DNA of 64,000 bases from an uncultured Gemmatimonadales bacterium (GTDB lineage: Bacteria; Gemmatimonadota; Gemmatimonadetes; Longimicrobiales; RSA9), in the NCBI GenBank assembly GCA_963816355.1, contig CAWFKH010000003.1, positions 224,001 to 288,000 on the forward strand, in the 5' to 3' direction. Shown here in pieces: positions 12,970 to 25,649 of the stretch. The position numbers and the translations under genes are program-made. The notes beneath the pieces are model-generated. The model was not told the DNA's origin, did not search any database, and saw only the letters and a program-made list of their open reading frames with translations. Every line of letters begins with the position of its first letter. Within the stretch, counting starts at the first letter, position 1.

Positions 12970-12996
12970 TGAAACCAACCCTTTGGCGCTCTCGTA
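12970..12996 (+). promoter_or_regulatory. ECF-sigma-like promoter
   Basis: TGAAAC-17 nt-CGTA upstream of the DUF4097 gene. Confidence 0.4.
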
Positions 12997-13036
12997 CGTC
13001 CAAACGAGCAGGGAACCGAAAAGAGGAGATGGGACG

Positions 13037-13861
13037 ATGATGAGAGCGAGCGTGATCGCGTGGGGGGCCGCCATGGTCCTTGCCGGCGTGGGCAGCATCA
13101 CCGGCGCGACGCTGAACGCGCAGGGGCGGGAGGGCAAGCCTTCCTGCGACAACGTGGGCACCGACCGGCCGCACTTCTGCGAGGTGCGCTCCGTCCGCAT
13201 GCGCGCCGAGCCGAAGATCGAGGTCGACGGCGGCACCAACGGCGGCGTCACGGTCGAGGGCTGGGACCAGGGCGATGTCCTCGTCGAGGCGCAGGTCGAG
13301 GCGTGGGCGGAGTCGGACGACGACGCCCGCGACATCGCCCGCGACGTGCACCTGCGCACCGAGGACGGCCGCATCCGCGCCGAGGGCCCCGGCCAGGGCG
13401 GCTGGCGCCATCGCCACGAAGGCTGGGCCGTCAGCTTCACCATCCACGTCCCGCACCGCACCGACCTGTCGCTCGAGACGACGAACGGCGGCGTCACCGT
13501 CAACGACGTCGGCGGTACCCTCCGTTTCCGCGCGCTCAACGGCGGCGTGCACCTCGCCGGCCTTTCCGGCGACGTCGAAGGCAGCACGACCAACGGCGGC
13601 GTCCACGTCGACCTCGCCGGCCCGCGCTGGGACGGAGCGGGCCTCAACGTGCGCACGATGAACGGCGGCGTCCGCCTCCGCATCCCGCGCGACTACTCCG
13701 CCCACCTGGTGACCGGCACCGTCAACGGCGGCATTCGCATCGATTTCCCCGTCACCGTCCAGGGCCGCATCGACAAGCGCCTCGCCGTCGACCTCGGCCA
13801 GGGCGGTCCGCCGGTCGAGGTGCGGACGACGAACGGCGGCGTCACCGTGGAGCGACGATAG
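13037..13861 (+). CDS. DUF4097 family beta-strand repeat exported protein
   Basis: Signal peptide and repeated TTNGGV motifs; SD GAGGAG. Confidence 0.85.
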   Translation: MMRASVIAWGAAMVLAGVGSITGATLNAQGREGKPSCDNVGTDRPHFCEVRSVRMRAEPKIEVDGGTNGGVTVEGWDQGDVLVEAQVEAWAESDDDARDIARDVHLRTEDGRIRAEGPGQGGWRHRHEGWAVSFTIHVPHRTDLSLETTNGGVTVNDVGGTLRFRALNGGVHLAGLSGDVEGSTTNGGVHVDLAGPRWDGAGLNVRTMNGGVRLRIPRDYSAHLVTGTVNGGIRIDFPVTVQGRIDKRLAVDLGQGGPPVEVRTTNGGVTVERR

Positions 13862-13884
13862 GGACGCCGACGCCGGGCGGCGTC

Positions 13885-14220
13885 GGGGAAGCTCGCTGCG
13901 CGAGGGAAGCCGGCCTGCGGCCGGGGAAGCTCGCTGCGCGAGGGAAGCCGCCTGGCGGCGGGGGCCGGCCTGACGGCCGGGGAAGCTCGCTGCGCGAGGG
14001 AAGCCGCCTGGCGGCGGGGGCCGGCCTGCGGCCGGGGGAGCTCGCTGCGCGAGGGAAGCCGCCTGGCGGCGGGGGCCGGCCTGCGGCCGGGGAAGCTCGC
14101 TGCGCGAGGGAAGCCGCCTGGCGGCGGGGGCCGGCCTGCGGCCGGGGACGCTCGCTGCGCGAGGGAAGCCGCCTGGCGGCGGGGGCCGGCCTGCGGCCGG
14201 GGAAGCTCGCTGCGCGAGGG
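13885..14220. repeat. 55-bp tandem array of three mini-hairpins (REP/BIME-like)
   Basis: GCTCGCTGCGCGAG at 13891, 13929, 13985, 14040, 14095, 14150, 14205. Confidence 0.9.
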
Positions 14221-14351
14221 GCCGGGTCTGCGGTCTCTAAGGCGTGTCCCCGGCGGACCCTCGGACCCCCCGCAGACCCCCGTACCCCACACCCCCCGCA
14301 GACCCCCTCCCCAGACCCCAGACCGATCGGCCCCACCGATACGCTGGCCCC

Positions 14352-15245
14352 TCAGTAGATATATACCGGAGTCCCCACCGCGACCCTCTCATACAACCGA
14401 TCGATATCCTCGTTGTACATGCGCACGCAGCCGTGGCTCACGGCGTCGCCGATCGAGGCCTCCTCGTTCGTGCCGTGGATCAGGTAGCCGTCGCCCAGGA
14501 TCAGCCGGTGCGTGCCGAGGATGTCGGGGATCCGGCGCTGCGCGGTGCCCACCGGCGGGACGAAGATCTTGCCGTCGAAGATGATCTCGTCTCCCGGCCG
14601 GAACGGCCAGAAGTTGCCGTACGCGTTCACACGCCCCACCTGCCCGCCCCGCACCTCCAGCCGCGTGCCGTCCGCGAGCCGGTAGCGCTCCCCCTTCTTC
14701 AGGAACACCACCGCCAGGCCGTCGTCCACCGCCTTCTCGTAGTAGTGCCAGTTCGGCGGCACCCACAGCGGCGACGCTTCCTTGCCGAGCACCTTGCGCG
14801 CCGCCCGCGGCGTGCGGAAATCGTACGTGTGGCCGTGGTAGGTGAATCGGTCGAAGCTGCCGACCGCCACCGGCGCGCTCAACACCGTCGAGTCCCCGTC
14901 CAGCAGCCACAGCCACCGGTGGTCCACCGAGACGACAATGCGCTCCCCGTCCGCCCGCAGCGCTTCGCGCCACACCTTCCGGCCGCTCGGCTTCTCCGGC
15001 GGCGCCGCCTCCGGATTCGCCGGACCCGATGCGCGCAGGCGCGCCCGCTCCGCCGCGGCCGCCGCCGCTGAATCCGCCGCCGCTGCCGCTTCCGACGCTG
15101 CCGCCCCCGCCCCCGCCCCCGCCCCTGCCCCCGCCCCGCCCGATCCCGCCGACCGCGAGCCGAAGAACGGCAGGTGCGCGCAACCGCCCAGCGCGACCCC
15201 GGCGACGACGGCTGCCGCCGTCCCTCGAGAGAGCTTCCTCCGCAT
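14352..15245 (-). CDS. L,D-transpeptidase lipoprotein
   Basis: YLIHGT...SHGCVRM catalytic motif; lipobox LGGC; ATG 15245. Confidence 0.9.
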   Translation of the reverse strand: MRRKLSRGTAAAVVAGVALGGCAHLPFFGSRSAGSGGAGAGAGAGAGAAASEAAAAADSAAAAAAERARLRASGPANPEAAPPEKPSGRKVWREALRADGERIVVSVDHRWLWLLDGDSTVLSAPVAVGSFDRFTYHGHTYDFRTPRAARKVLGKEASPLWVPPNWHYYEKAVDDGLAVVFLKKGERYRLADGTRLEVRGGQVGRVNAYGNFWPFRPGDEIIFDGKIFVPPVGTAQRRIPDILGTHRLILGDGYLIHGTNEEASIGDAVSHGCVRMYNEDIDRLYERVAVGTPVYIY

Positions 15246-15604
15246 GACTACCTCGTGCTGCGATTCCGACCGGAGAACGACATTCACCGGTGCGTTGAAG
15301 GACTGGATTGCGGTCGCGTGCAGCCGCCCCGCGCTTCGGTTGCGGGCCGCGCGGAGCCGCTCCGACGGCGCCCGGCGCTTGCAGGGTGACCCCACCCGGC
15401 GATCGGCGCGGCGTGGGGCCACTCCGACACGCCCGACGCTCGCACGCCGCCGCGGATCCGGCCCCGTGGCGCCCGCAACGTGGCCCGCTCCAGTTCTTCG
15501 GCGGACCCTTCAAAGAAAACAGCGCGCGACGCTTCGCGGGAGGGGGCCCGCCCACCGGCGGGCAACGCCCCACGCGACGTACGCGGCGGCGCGCGCCGCC
15601 GAGC

Positions 15605-15633
15605 TTGATTCGGGTTTTGTTCGGTTGTACCTT
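15605..15633 (+). promoter_or_regulatory. imuA promoter with candidate LexA operator
   Basis: TTGATT-17 nt-TACCTT enclosing ATTC-N7-GTTC (15608-15622). Confidence 0.65.
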
Positions 15634-15638
15634 GCGGT

Positions 15639-16532
15639 ATGTCGTCGCAGGTCGTCGCGCTCAGGGAGCTGCTCGAGCAGCGCTTTCCCGGCGCATTGCC
15701 GCTCACCGCCGGCGGATCGGCGGATCCGCTGGCGACCGGGATCGGTGCGCTCGATCGGCTGCTGCCGGGGGGCGGGCTGCCGCGCGGGCGCCTGACGCTG
15801 TGGGCGCCCGGCGGCGGGGCGACGGCGCTCCTGACGGCGGCGTGCCGAACGACGGTGGCGCGGGGCGAGCGGGCGGCGTGGGTCGACGCGGCGGGGACGA
15901 TGGCGGGCGCGTTCTGGCGGGTGGGCCCGGCGCTGCTGCGGCCGGCGGGACGGGTGGAGGCGCTCGCGTGCGCGGAGGAGCTGCTGCGCTCGGGCGGTTT
16001 CGCGCTCGTCGTGCTCTCCGGCCTGGAGGTGGGGGAGGGCGCGCCGTCGCCGGCGGCGGCCTCGTCGGTGTCGCGAGCGAGGGCGAGGTCGAAGCGGAAG
16101 CGGTGGCGTTCGCGACGTCGTCTGACGGAAGCGGCGCCGGCCCCGCGGGTGTCGGAGGGCGCGCTGCTGGAGGCGGGGCTCGTGCGGCTGTCGCGGGTGG
16201 CGCGCGAGGGGGGCGGCGCCCTGGTCGTGTGCGCGGGGCGCAGTCCGGTGGCCGCGCTGCGGGTCCGCTCGCGCCTCGCGCCGGAGGCGTACCGCTGGCG
16301 GCGAGGCCCGTTCGGTGAGCCGGCGGAGGTGGAGGCGGCGACGGTGTGCGTGCGGGCGGCGTCGCCCGGCTGGAGCGCAGAGACGCGCTGCGATCTGGCG
16401 GTGTCGAGCGACGATCCGCGCGCCGCGCTGGACCCCGGGCTGGTCGACCGCCGCGGGAGCGCGGGCGGGAGCGCGGGCGCGGGCGCGGGCGCCACGACGC
16501 GCCGGCGGCCGGTCCGCGCGGGGGCGCCGTGA
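15639..16532 (+). CDS. imuA: ImuA-like (RecA-related) protein
   Basis: ATGIGALDRLLPGGGLPRG, AAWVD, AEELLRSGGFALVV; precedes imuB and dnaE2. Confidence 0.75.
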   Translation: MSSQVVALRELLEQRFPGALPLTAGGSADPLATGIGALDRLLPGGGLPRGRLTLWAPGGGATALLTAACRTTVARGERAAWVDAAGTMAGAFWRVGPALLRPAGRVEALACAEELLRSGGFALVVLSGLEVGEGAPSPAAASSVSRARARSKRKRWRSRRRLTEAAPAPRVSEGALLEAGLVRLSRVAREGGGALVVCAGRSPVAALRVRSRLAPEAYRWRRGPFGEPAEVEAATVCVRAASPGWSAETRCDLAVSSDDPRAALDPGLVDRRGSAGGSAGAGAGATTRRRPVRAGAP

Positions 16533-17992
16533 TCCTCTGTCTGCGGGTGGACGGCTGGCCGCCGGCGGAGGAGGACGAAGAGGCGCTCGTGGCGCGGCTG
16601 GCGGCGTGCGCGCCGCGTCTGGCGGTGCAGCGGAGCGGGGTGGTGTGGGCGGACGTGAGGGGGCTGCCCGCCGGCGGTGTCGCACGTCGCCTGCGGCAGG
16701 AGGCGGGCCGTGTCGCGGGCGCCGGCGTGGCGGCGGTGCCGATCGCGGCGTGGGCCGCCGCCTGGTCGGCGGGGGCGGGCCGGACTGCGGGGTCGGCCGA
16801 CGCGGCCGGGGCGGCGCGGGCGGCGCGGGCGGCGCGGGTGGCGCGGGTGGCGCGGGCTGATCGGGCGGCAGCGGCGGTGGCGGCGGCGGCGCGGGCGGAT
16901 CCGGGTCGGCCGCCGGATCTCGTCACGGTCGCGGTGGGGGAGGAGCGCGCCTTTCTCGCGCCGCTGCCGCTGGCGGTGCTGGAGCCGGAGACGCGCGTGC
17001 GCGATCTGCTCGAGGGAGTGGGGATCGAGCGCTGCGGCGAGCTGGCGGCGCTCGAGCGGGAGCCGGTCGAGGTGCGCTTCGGCGTGGAGGGGGTCCGCCT
17101 GTGGCGGCTCGCGCGGGCCGAGGATCGGCGGCGGCTGTTCGCGCCGGCGCGCGGCGAACGCCCGTGCGGTTCGATCGACTTCGTGGATTACGCGGTTACC
17201 GATCCGGCACGCCTCCTCTTCACGACGAACGCGCTGCTCGGCTCGCTGTGCGAGACGCTCGTCGAGCGGGGCGAGCACGCGCGGCGGCTCTCGCTCGATC
17301 TGGCGCTGGACGGCGGCGGCACGTGGCGCCGCACCTTCCGCGCGGCGCGGCCGACGGCGAGCCGCGAGCGCTGGCTGCGCCTGATCCGCGACGCGCTCGA
17401 GCGGCTCACGCTCCCCGACTCCGTCGTCGGCGTCGCGCTCGCGGTCGACGCGGCGGAGCCGGCCGCGACGCACCAGGGCGACCTCTTCGACCGCGGCTTC
17501 GCGACCGCCGCGGCGGTCGAAGCCGCAGTGGCGCGCCTCCTCGATACAATGGGGCCGGTGGTCGTCGCGCCGGAGACGGACCGCCACCCGCTGCCCGAGC
17601 GGCGCACGCGCTGGCGGGTGCGCGACGACGTCGCCCCTGCCGCCGCCGCCTCCTCCTCCGCCGCCCCCGCCCCCGCCGCGCACCCCGGCCTCGCGGCGCC
17701 GGAGGCCGCCGCCGCCACGCCCGCGCTGACGCCGCAACTGCTGCCGGAGCCGCGGCCGATCCGCGTCGACGTCGGCAGGGAGCGCGGACACGAGGTGCCG
17801 CGCCGCTACCGCGAGCGCGGTCGTCGCATCGAGCTGGTCACCGTGGCGGGGCCGGACCGCCTCTCCGGCGGCCAGTGGGAGGCGCCCTACGCGCGCGAGT
17901 ACTTCCGCTGCCTGACCGGCGACGGCGTCCTCGTCTGGCTCTTCCGCGACGCGCGCACCGACCGCTGGTTCCTGCACGGCTGGTGGGACTGA
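16529..17992 (+). CDS. imuB: ImuB (inactive Y-family polymerase)
   Basis: FLAPLPL..L, GIERCGELAAL...RFG, QGDLF clamp-binding motif, C-terminal REYF...WFLHGWWD; GTG overlaps the imuA stop. Confidence 0.8.
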   Translation: MILCLRVDGWPPAEEDEEALVARLAACAPRLAVQRSGVVWADVRGLPAGGVARRLRQEAGRVAGAGVAAVPIAAWAAAWSAGAGRTAGSADAAGAARAARAARVARVARADRAAAAVAAAARADPGRPPDLVTVAVGEERAFLAPLPLAVLEPETRVRDLLEGVGIERCGELAALEREPVEVRFGVEGVRLWRLARAEDRRRLFAPARGERPCGSIDFVDYAVTDPARLLFTTNALLGSLCETLVERGEHARRLSLDLALDGGGTWRRTFRAARPTASRERWLRLIRDALERLTLPDSVVGVALAVDAAEPAATHQGDLFDRGFATAAAVEAAVARLLDTMGPVVVAPETDRHPLPERRTRWRVRDDVAPAAAASSSAAPAPAAHPGLAAPEAAAATPALTPQLLPEPRPIRVDVGRERGHEVPRRYRERGRRIELVTVAGPDRLSGGQWEAPYAREYFRCLTGDGVLVWLFRDARTDRWFLHGWWD

Positions 17993-18046
17993 GCGCCCAC
18001 CGCCGCGGCGTGGCCCCCGCGGGGGCGCAGGCGTTAGCTTTGCCGC

Positions 18047-18469
18047 ATGCGACGCGCACGCCTCCTCCTCGCCCTGGCGCTCGCCGGCCTCGCGGGCTTC
18101 GCCGCGTCCGCGTGCGTCACCCACGACACCGACCGCGCCGCCTCCACCCCGAACGGCGCCCTCGGCACCGTCGTCCTCGGCAACGCCGGCGAGCTCTCGC
18201 CCGTCGAGCTGCTCGCCGTCCGCGACAGCGGGCTCCTCTTCTCCTACGAACGACGCATCAGTTACGCCTCCTTCTCCGCCATGCGCTCCATCGTCTTCCC
18301 CGCCGTCGCCGGGCAGAAGACGCTGCTCCGCGCCGGCCACCCCCCCGACTCGACCCTGCGCGCCAGCCTCGCCGGCCACGCCCGCTTCCCCCGCGGGCTC
18401 TCCCCCGCCGGCGTCGACAGCCTGCTCCGGGCGTACGGCCAGGCCGACCTCAACACCGTCAGGGAGTGA
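18047..18469 (+). CDS. Hypothetical exported protein or lipoprotein
   Basis: Signal peptide ending ASAC; host-like codon usage. Confidence 0.6.
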   Translation: MRRARLLLALALAGLAGFAASACVTHDTDRAASTPNGALGTVVLGNAGELSPVELLAVRDSGLLFSYERRISYASFSAMRSIVFPAVAGQKTLLRAGHPPDSTLRASLAGHARFPRGLSPAGVDSLLRAYGQADLNTVRE

Positions 18470-18629
18470 GCGGAGGGGGGGGTGGAGGGGGCGGAGGCGG
18501 AGGGGGCGGCAGGGGTCGGGGCGGCGGCGGCTGGATTCTGGTGAGGCGAGCGCCGGCGCCGTGAAGGGGGGCGGCGCGGGTGGCCGGTCGTGGGGAGTCG
18601 TTGGCGGCCTCTCGCCGCCGATCCCGCTC

Positions 18630-18846
18630 GACGGCCGCTCCGCGCGATCCGCGATCGCCGTCAACTCAGCCCCGCCGGCCGCCATTTCCGGTCCGGGGTG
18701 GATCGGACCGCGCGAGGCGCGGTGGCAATGGCCCCGCGAGCCCGCGGCTTCGGGCGAGGGGCGGAGTCGACCGCTCTGGGCGCGGTCCAGTGTGCCCCAC
18801 GCCGGGATGGGTCCGGCGAGGGGGCGCTTTGACGTCCCCGGCGCCG
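18630..18846 (+). repeat. ~215-bp dispersed repeat, copy A
   Basis: About 90% identical by eye to the reverse complement of 47504-47719. Confidence 0.9.
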
Positions 18847-19029
18847 AGCCCCGCCCCCACCCCCCGCCCCCCGCGCCCGCCCCCCCTCCGCGCCCTCCGC
18901 GCCCTCCGCGTGAAACCGCTGTTCCAGCCAGATCTGCCTCGAACCCCGATCCAGCCAGATCCGCCAGCTCCGACCCCTCTCCTCCGACCCACCCAGCTCC
19001 GACCCCTCTCCTCCGACCCACCCACCCCC

Positions 19030-19073
19030 TTGCACTCCACCCCTCCTCCTCCCATCTTCGGGTTTCGTTCGGT
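19030..19073 (+). promoter_or_regulatory. dnaE2 promoter with candidate LexA operator
   Basis: TTGCAC-17 nt-CATCTT overlapping CTTC-N7-GTTC (19056-19070). Confidence 0.6.
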
Positions 19074-19110
19074 ATGCGACTCCTCCACCCTCCGCGCTCT
19101 CCGAAACCGC

Positions 19111-22520
<3,410 letters not shown>

Positions 22521-22658
22521 GCGGCGGCGCCGGCCGCGTGGCGCGTGCGCGGACCGGCGCTCGGCCGGCCGCGTGGCGTGTGCCCGGGCCCGCGCTCGGC
22601 CGGCCGCGCGAACGCCGCGGTCTGGCACGGCGTGCGCCGCCCGCCCAGATTGCTTCCG

Positions 22659-23813
22659 ATGAGACGCCCGCACCCGCCCGCCGGCCGGGACGCCGCCGCG
22701 GAATCCGCCGCCACTGGGCCCGCCGGCCGGGACGCCGCCGCGGAATCCGCCGCCACTGGGCCCGCCGGCCCGGACGCCGCCGCCGAATCCGCCGCCGCTG
22801 GGCCCGCCGGCCCGGACGCCGCCGCCGAATCCGCCGAAGCGCAGACGTCGCGCTCCGGCGAGGGCGCGGACCGGGACCTCGGCTTCGGCTCGGTGGTGTC
22901 GAACCGCAGTCGGCAGCGGCTGCTCAACCCGGACGGCAGCTTCAACGTCGAGCGGCGCGGGCTGGGCTACTGGCGCTCGCTGAGCGCGTACCACGCGCTG
23001 CTGACGATGTCGTGGGGCCGCTTCTTCCTCATGGTCGTCGCGGGCTACGTGGCGCTGAACGCGCTCTTCGCCGCGGCGTACGTCGCCGCCGGGCCGGGCG
23101 CGCTGGTGCGCACGGCGGAGGCGGCGCACGGCCGCTTCCTCACCGCGTTCTTCTTCAGCGTGCAGACGTTCTCGACGATCGGCTACGGCGGCATCCGCCC
23201 CTCCGGCCTGCTCGCCAACGCGATCGTCACGCTGGAGGCGCTGGTGGGGCTGCTCGTCTTCGCGCTGGCGACGGGGCTGCTCTTCGCGCGTTTCTCGCGG
23301 CCGACCGCCCGCATCGTCTTCAGCCGCGCCGCGCTGATCGCGCCGTACCGGGGCGGACGCGCCTTCGAGTTCCGCATCGCGAACCAGCGCAGCAGCCAGA
23401 TCATCGAGCTGCAGGCGACGGTGCTCTACACGCGGCTGGAGGCGCAGCGCGGCGTCGCCGTTCGCAAGTTCCACGCGCTGCGGCTCGAGCGTACGCGCGT
23501 CAGCTTCTTCCCGCTGAGCTGGACGATCGTGCACCCGATCGACGCGGACAGCCCGCTGCGCGACGCGTCGCCGGAGTCGCTCGCCGCCGAGCAGGCGGAG
23601 TTCCTGATCCTGCTGACCGGCATCGACGAGACGTTCTCGCAGACGGTGCACGCGCGCTCCTCCTACAAGCCGGAGGAGCTGGTGTGGGACGCGCGCTTCA
23701 CGGACGTCTTCAATCCGCCCGACGTCGGCGGCCGCATCACGATCGGAGATGGACCGGCTGCACCGCTTCGAGCGGACCGCCCTTCGACCGCAGTGACGGA
23801 GGTGCCCAGATGA
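22659..23813 (+). CDS. Inward-rectifier (KirBac-like) potassium channel
   Basis: FFFSVQTFSTIGYG filter, ARFSRP, WTIVHPID..SPL; N-terminal 42-nt repeats; true stop may be 23796. Confidence 0.9.
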   Translation: MRRPHPPAGRDAAAESAATGPAGRDAAAESAATGPAGPDAAAESAAAGPAGPDAAAESAEAQTSRSGEGADRDLGFGSVVSNRSRQRLLNPDGSFNVERRGLGYWRSLSAYHALLTMSWGRFFLMVVAGYVALNALFAAAYVAAGPGALVRTAEAAHGRFLTAFFFSVQTFSTIGYGGIRPSGLLANAIVTLEALVGLLVFALATGLLFARFSRPTARIVFSRAALIAPYRGGRAFEFRIANQRSSQIIELQATVLYTRLEAQRGVAVRKFHALRLERTRVSFFPLSWTIVHPIDADSPLRDASPESLAAEQAEFLILLTGIDETFSQTVHARSSYKPEELVWDARFTDVFNPPDVGGRITIGDGPAAPLRADRPSTAVTEVPR

Positions 23814-25649
23814 CTCCCGCTTCCGCACGTCCGCGGCGGCGAAACGCCGGCGCGGCGCCCGCGTCCGGCGCGGTGCCGGCGCTGCGCGTCGCGCTCGCGC
23901 TCGCCGCCTGCCTCGCGCTCGCCGGCTGCGGCGCCGCGCCGCCCGCGGCCGCGGCGCGGCCCGTGGAGGACGCCTCGATCCGCGCCACCTTCGACGCGCT
24001 GCGCGCCGACTTCAGCCGCGAACGCGCGTACGGCGTCGTCGCCTACGTCGAGCGGCTCTGGCGCTGGCCGGGCAACCCCGGCTTCAACGCCGCCATCCGG
24101 CGCGTCGCCGCGGTGCTCGACAGCGCCGGCTACGTGCGCGAGGAGGTCGCGCCCGCGGGCGCGCGCCTGACCTACCGCATCGAGTCGCGCGCCATGGACG
24201 CGCCGACGTGGGAGCCGCTCGACGCCTCGCTCTCCATCGTGGGCGAGCCGCGGCCGCTGCTGCGCTTCGCGACGAACCGCAACATGCTCGCGATCCACTC
24301 CTTCGCCACGCCGCCGGGCGGCGTCGAGGCGGAGCTCGTGGACGTGGGCGCGGCGCGCGCGGCGGACTTCGAGCGCCGCGACGTGCGCGGCCGCGTCGTC
24401 ATGGGCGACGCGCCGCTCGGCCGGCTCTTCCGCGACGCGGTGCAGGCGCGCGGCGCGCTCGGCGTGCTGTCGTACGCGATGCCCGCCTACACGGAGCCGG
24501 AGCGCTACACCGGCGCGATCCAGTTCGGCTCGATCCCGTACGACGACGCGCGCCACTCGTGGGGCGTCGCCCTCTCCTACGCCGCCCGCGACGCGCTGCG
24601 CGACGCCCTCGGACGCGGCCCGGTGCGCGTGCGCGTGAGCACCCGCGCGCGCAGCTACGCGGCGCCGGAGCTGACGCTCGTCGCGGAGGCGCGCGGCGAC
24701 GTCGCCCCGCAGGAGCGCTTCGTCCTGAGCGCGCACGTGCAGGAGCCGGGCGCCAACGACAACGCGTCCGGCGTGGCCGCGCTGGCGGAGCTGGCGCGCG
24801 CGGTGGCGCGGGGCGTGCGCGCGGGCGACCTCTCGCCGCACCGCACGCTCACCTTCATCTGGGGCGACGAGATCCGCGCCACCCGCCGCTTCCTCGCCGC
24901 GGACTCCGCGCGCGCGGCGGGCGTGCGCTGGGGGCTCGCGCTCGACATGGTGGGCGAGGCGACGGAGAAGACCGGCGGCACGTTCCTGATCGAGAAGATG
25001 CCGGACCCGTCCGCCGTGTGGACGCGCGGCGACGACCACCACACGCAGTGGGGCGGCGGCGACGCGCTGCCGGAGTCGCGCCTCACGCCGCACTACTTCA
25101 ACGACGTCGCGCGCGACCGCTGCCTCGAGCAGGCGCGCCTCACCGGCTGGCGCGTGGCCACCAACCCGTTCGAGGGCGGCAGCGACCACGTCCCGTTCCT
25201 CGACGCGGGCAAGGCCGGCCTCCTCTTCTGGCACTTCACCGACCGCTTCTACCACACCGACGCCGACCGCCTCGACAAGGTCTCCGCCGCCGAGCTCGAG
25301 AACGCGGCGCTGTGCGCCGGCGCGACCGCGCTCACCCTCGCGAGCGCGGACGGCGAGACCGCGCGCTTCCTGATCGCGCAGGTGCGCGACGACGCGCTCG
25401 AGCGCCTCGCGCGCGAGCGGACGCTCGGCGCGGCCGCGGTGAGGGCGGGCGGCGACGTCGCCCGCGAGCGCCACATCCTGGCGGCGTGGACGTCGTGGTA
25501 CGCCGCCGCGATCGCCGCGATGGACGACGTCGAGGTCGGCGGCTCCTCGCCCACCACGCGCGCCGCCATCGCCGCCGCCGCCGCGGACGTGCGCACCGCC
25601 GGCGAGGAGGCGCAGAGTTCGCTGCCCTCAACGGGAGGCGGCGCCGTGA
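23810..25649 (+). CDS. M28 family peptidase lipoprotein (reads in frame into the next gene)
   Basis: Lipobox LAGC, SAH...GANDNASG, DMVG, GSDHVPF, YHT..D; SD GGAGG. Confidence 0.8.

Noticed and set aside
13885..14220. CRISPR array
   Set aside because: Units repeat end to end with no unique spacers, and there are no cas genes
15246..15600. Riboswitch upstream of the L,D-transpeptidase
   Set aside because: Long leader, but no recognisable c-di-AMP or c-di-GMP consensus; an Rfam scan is needed
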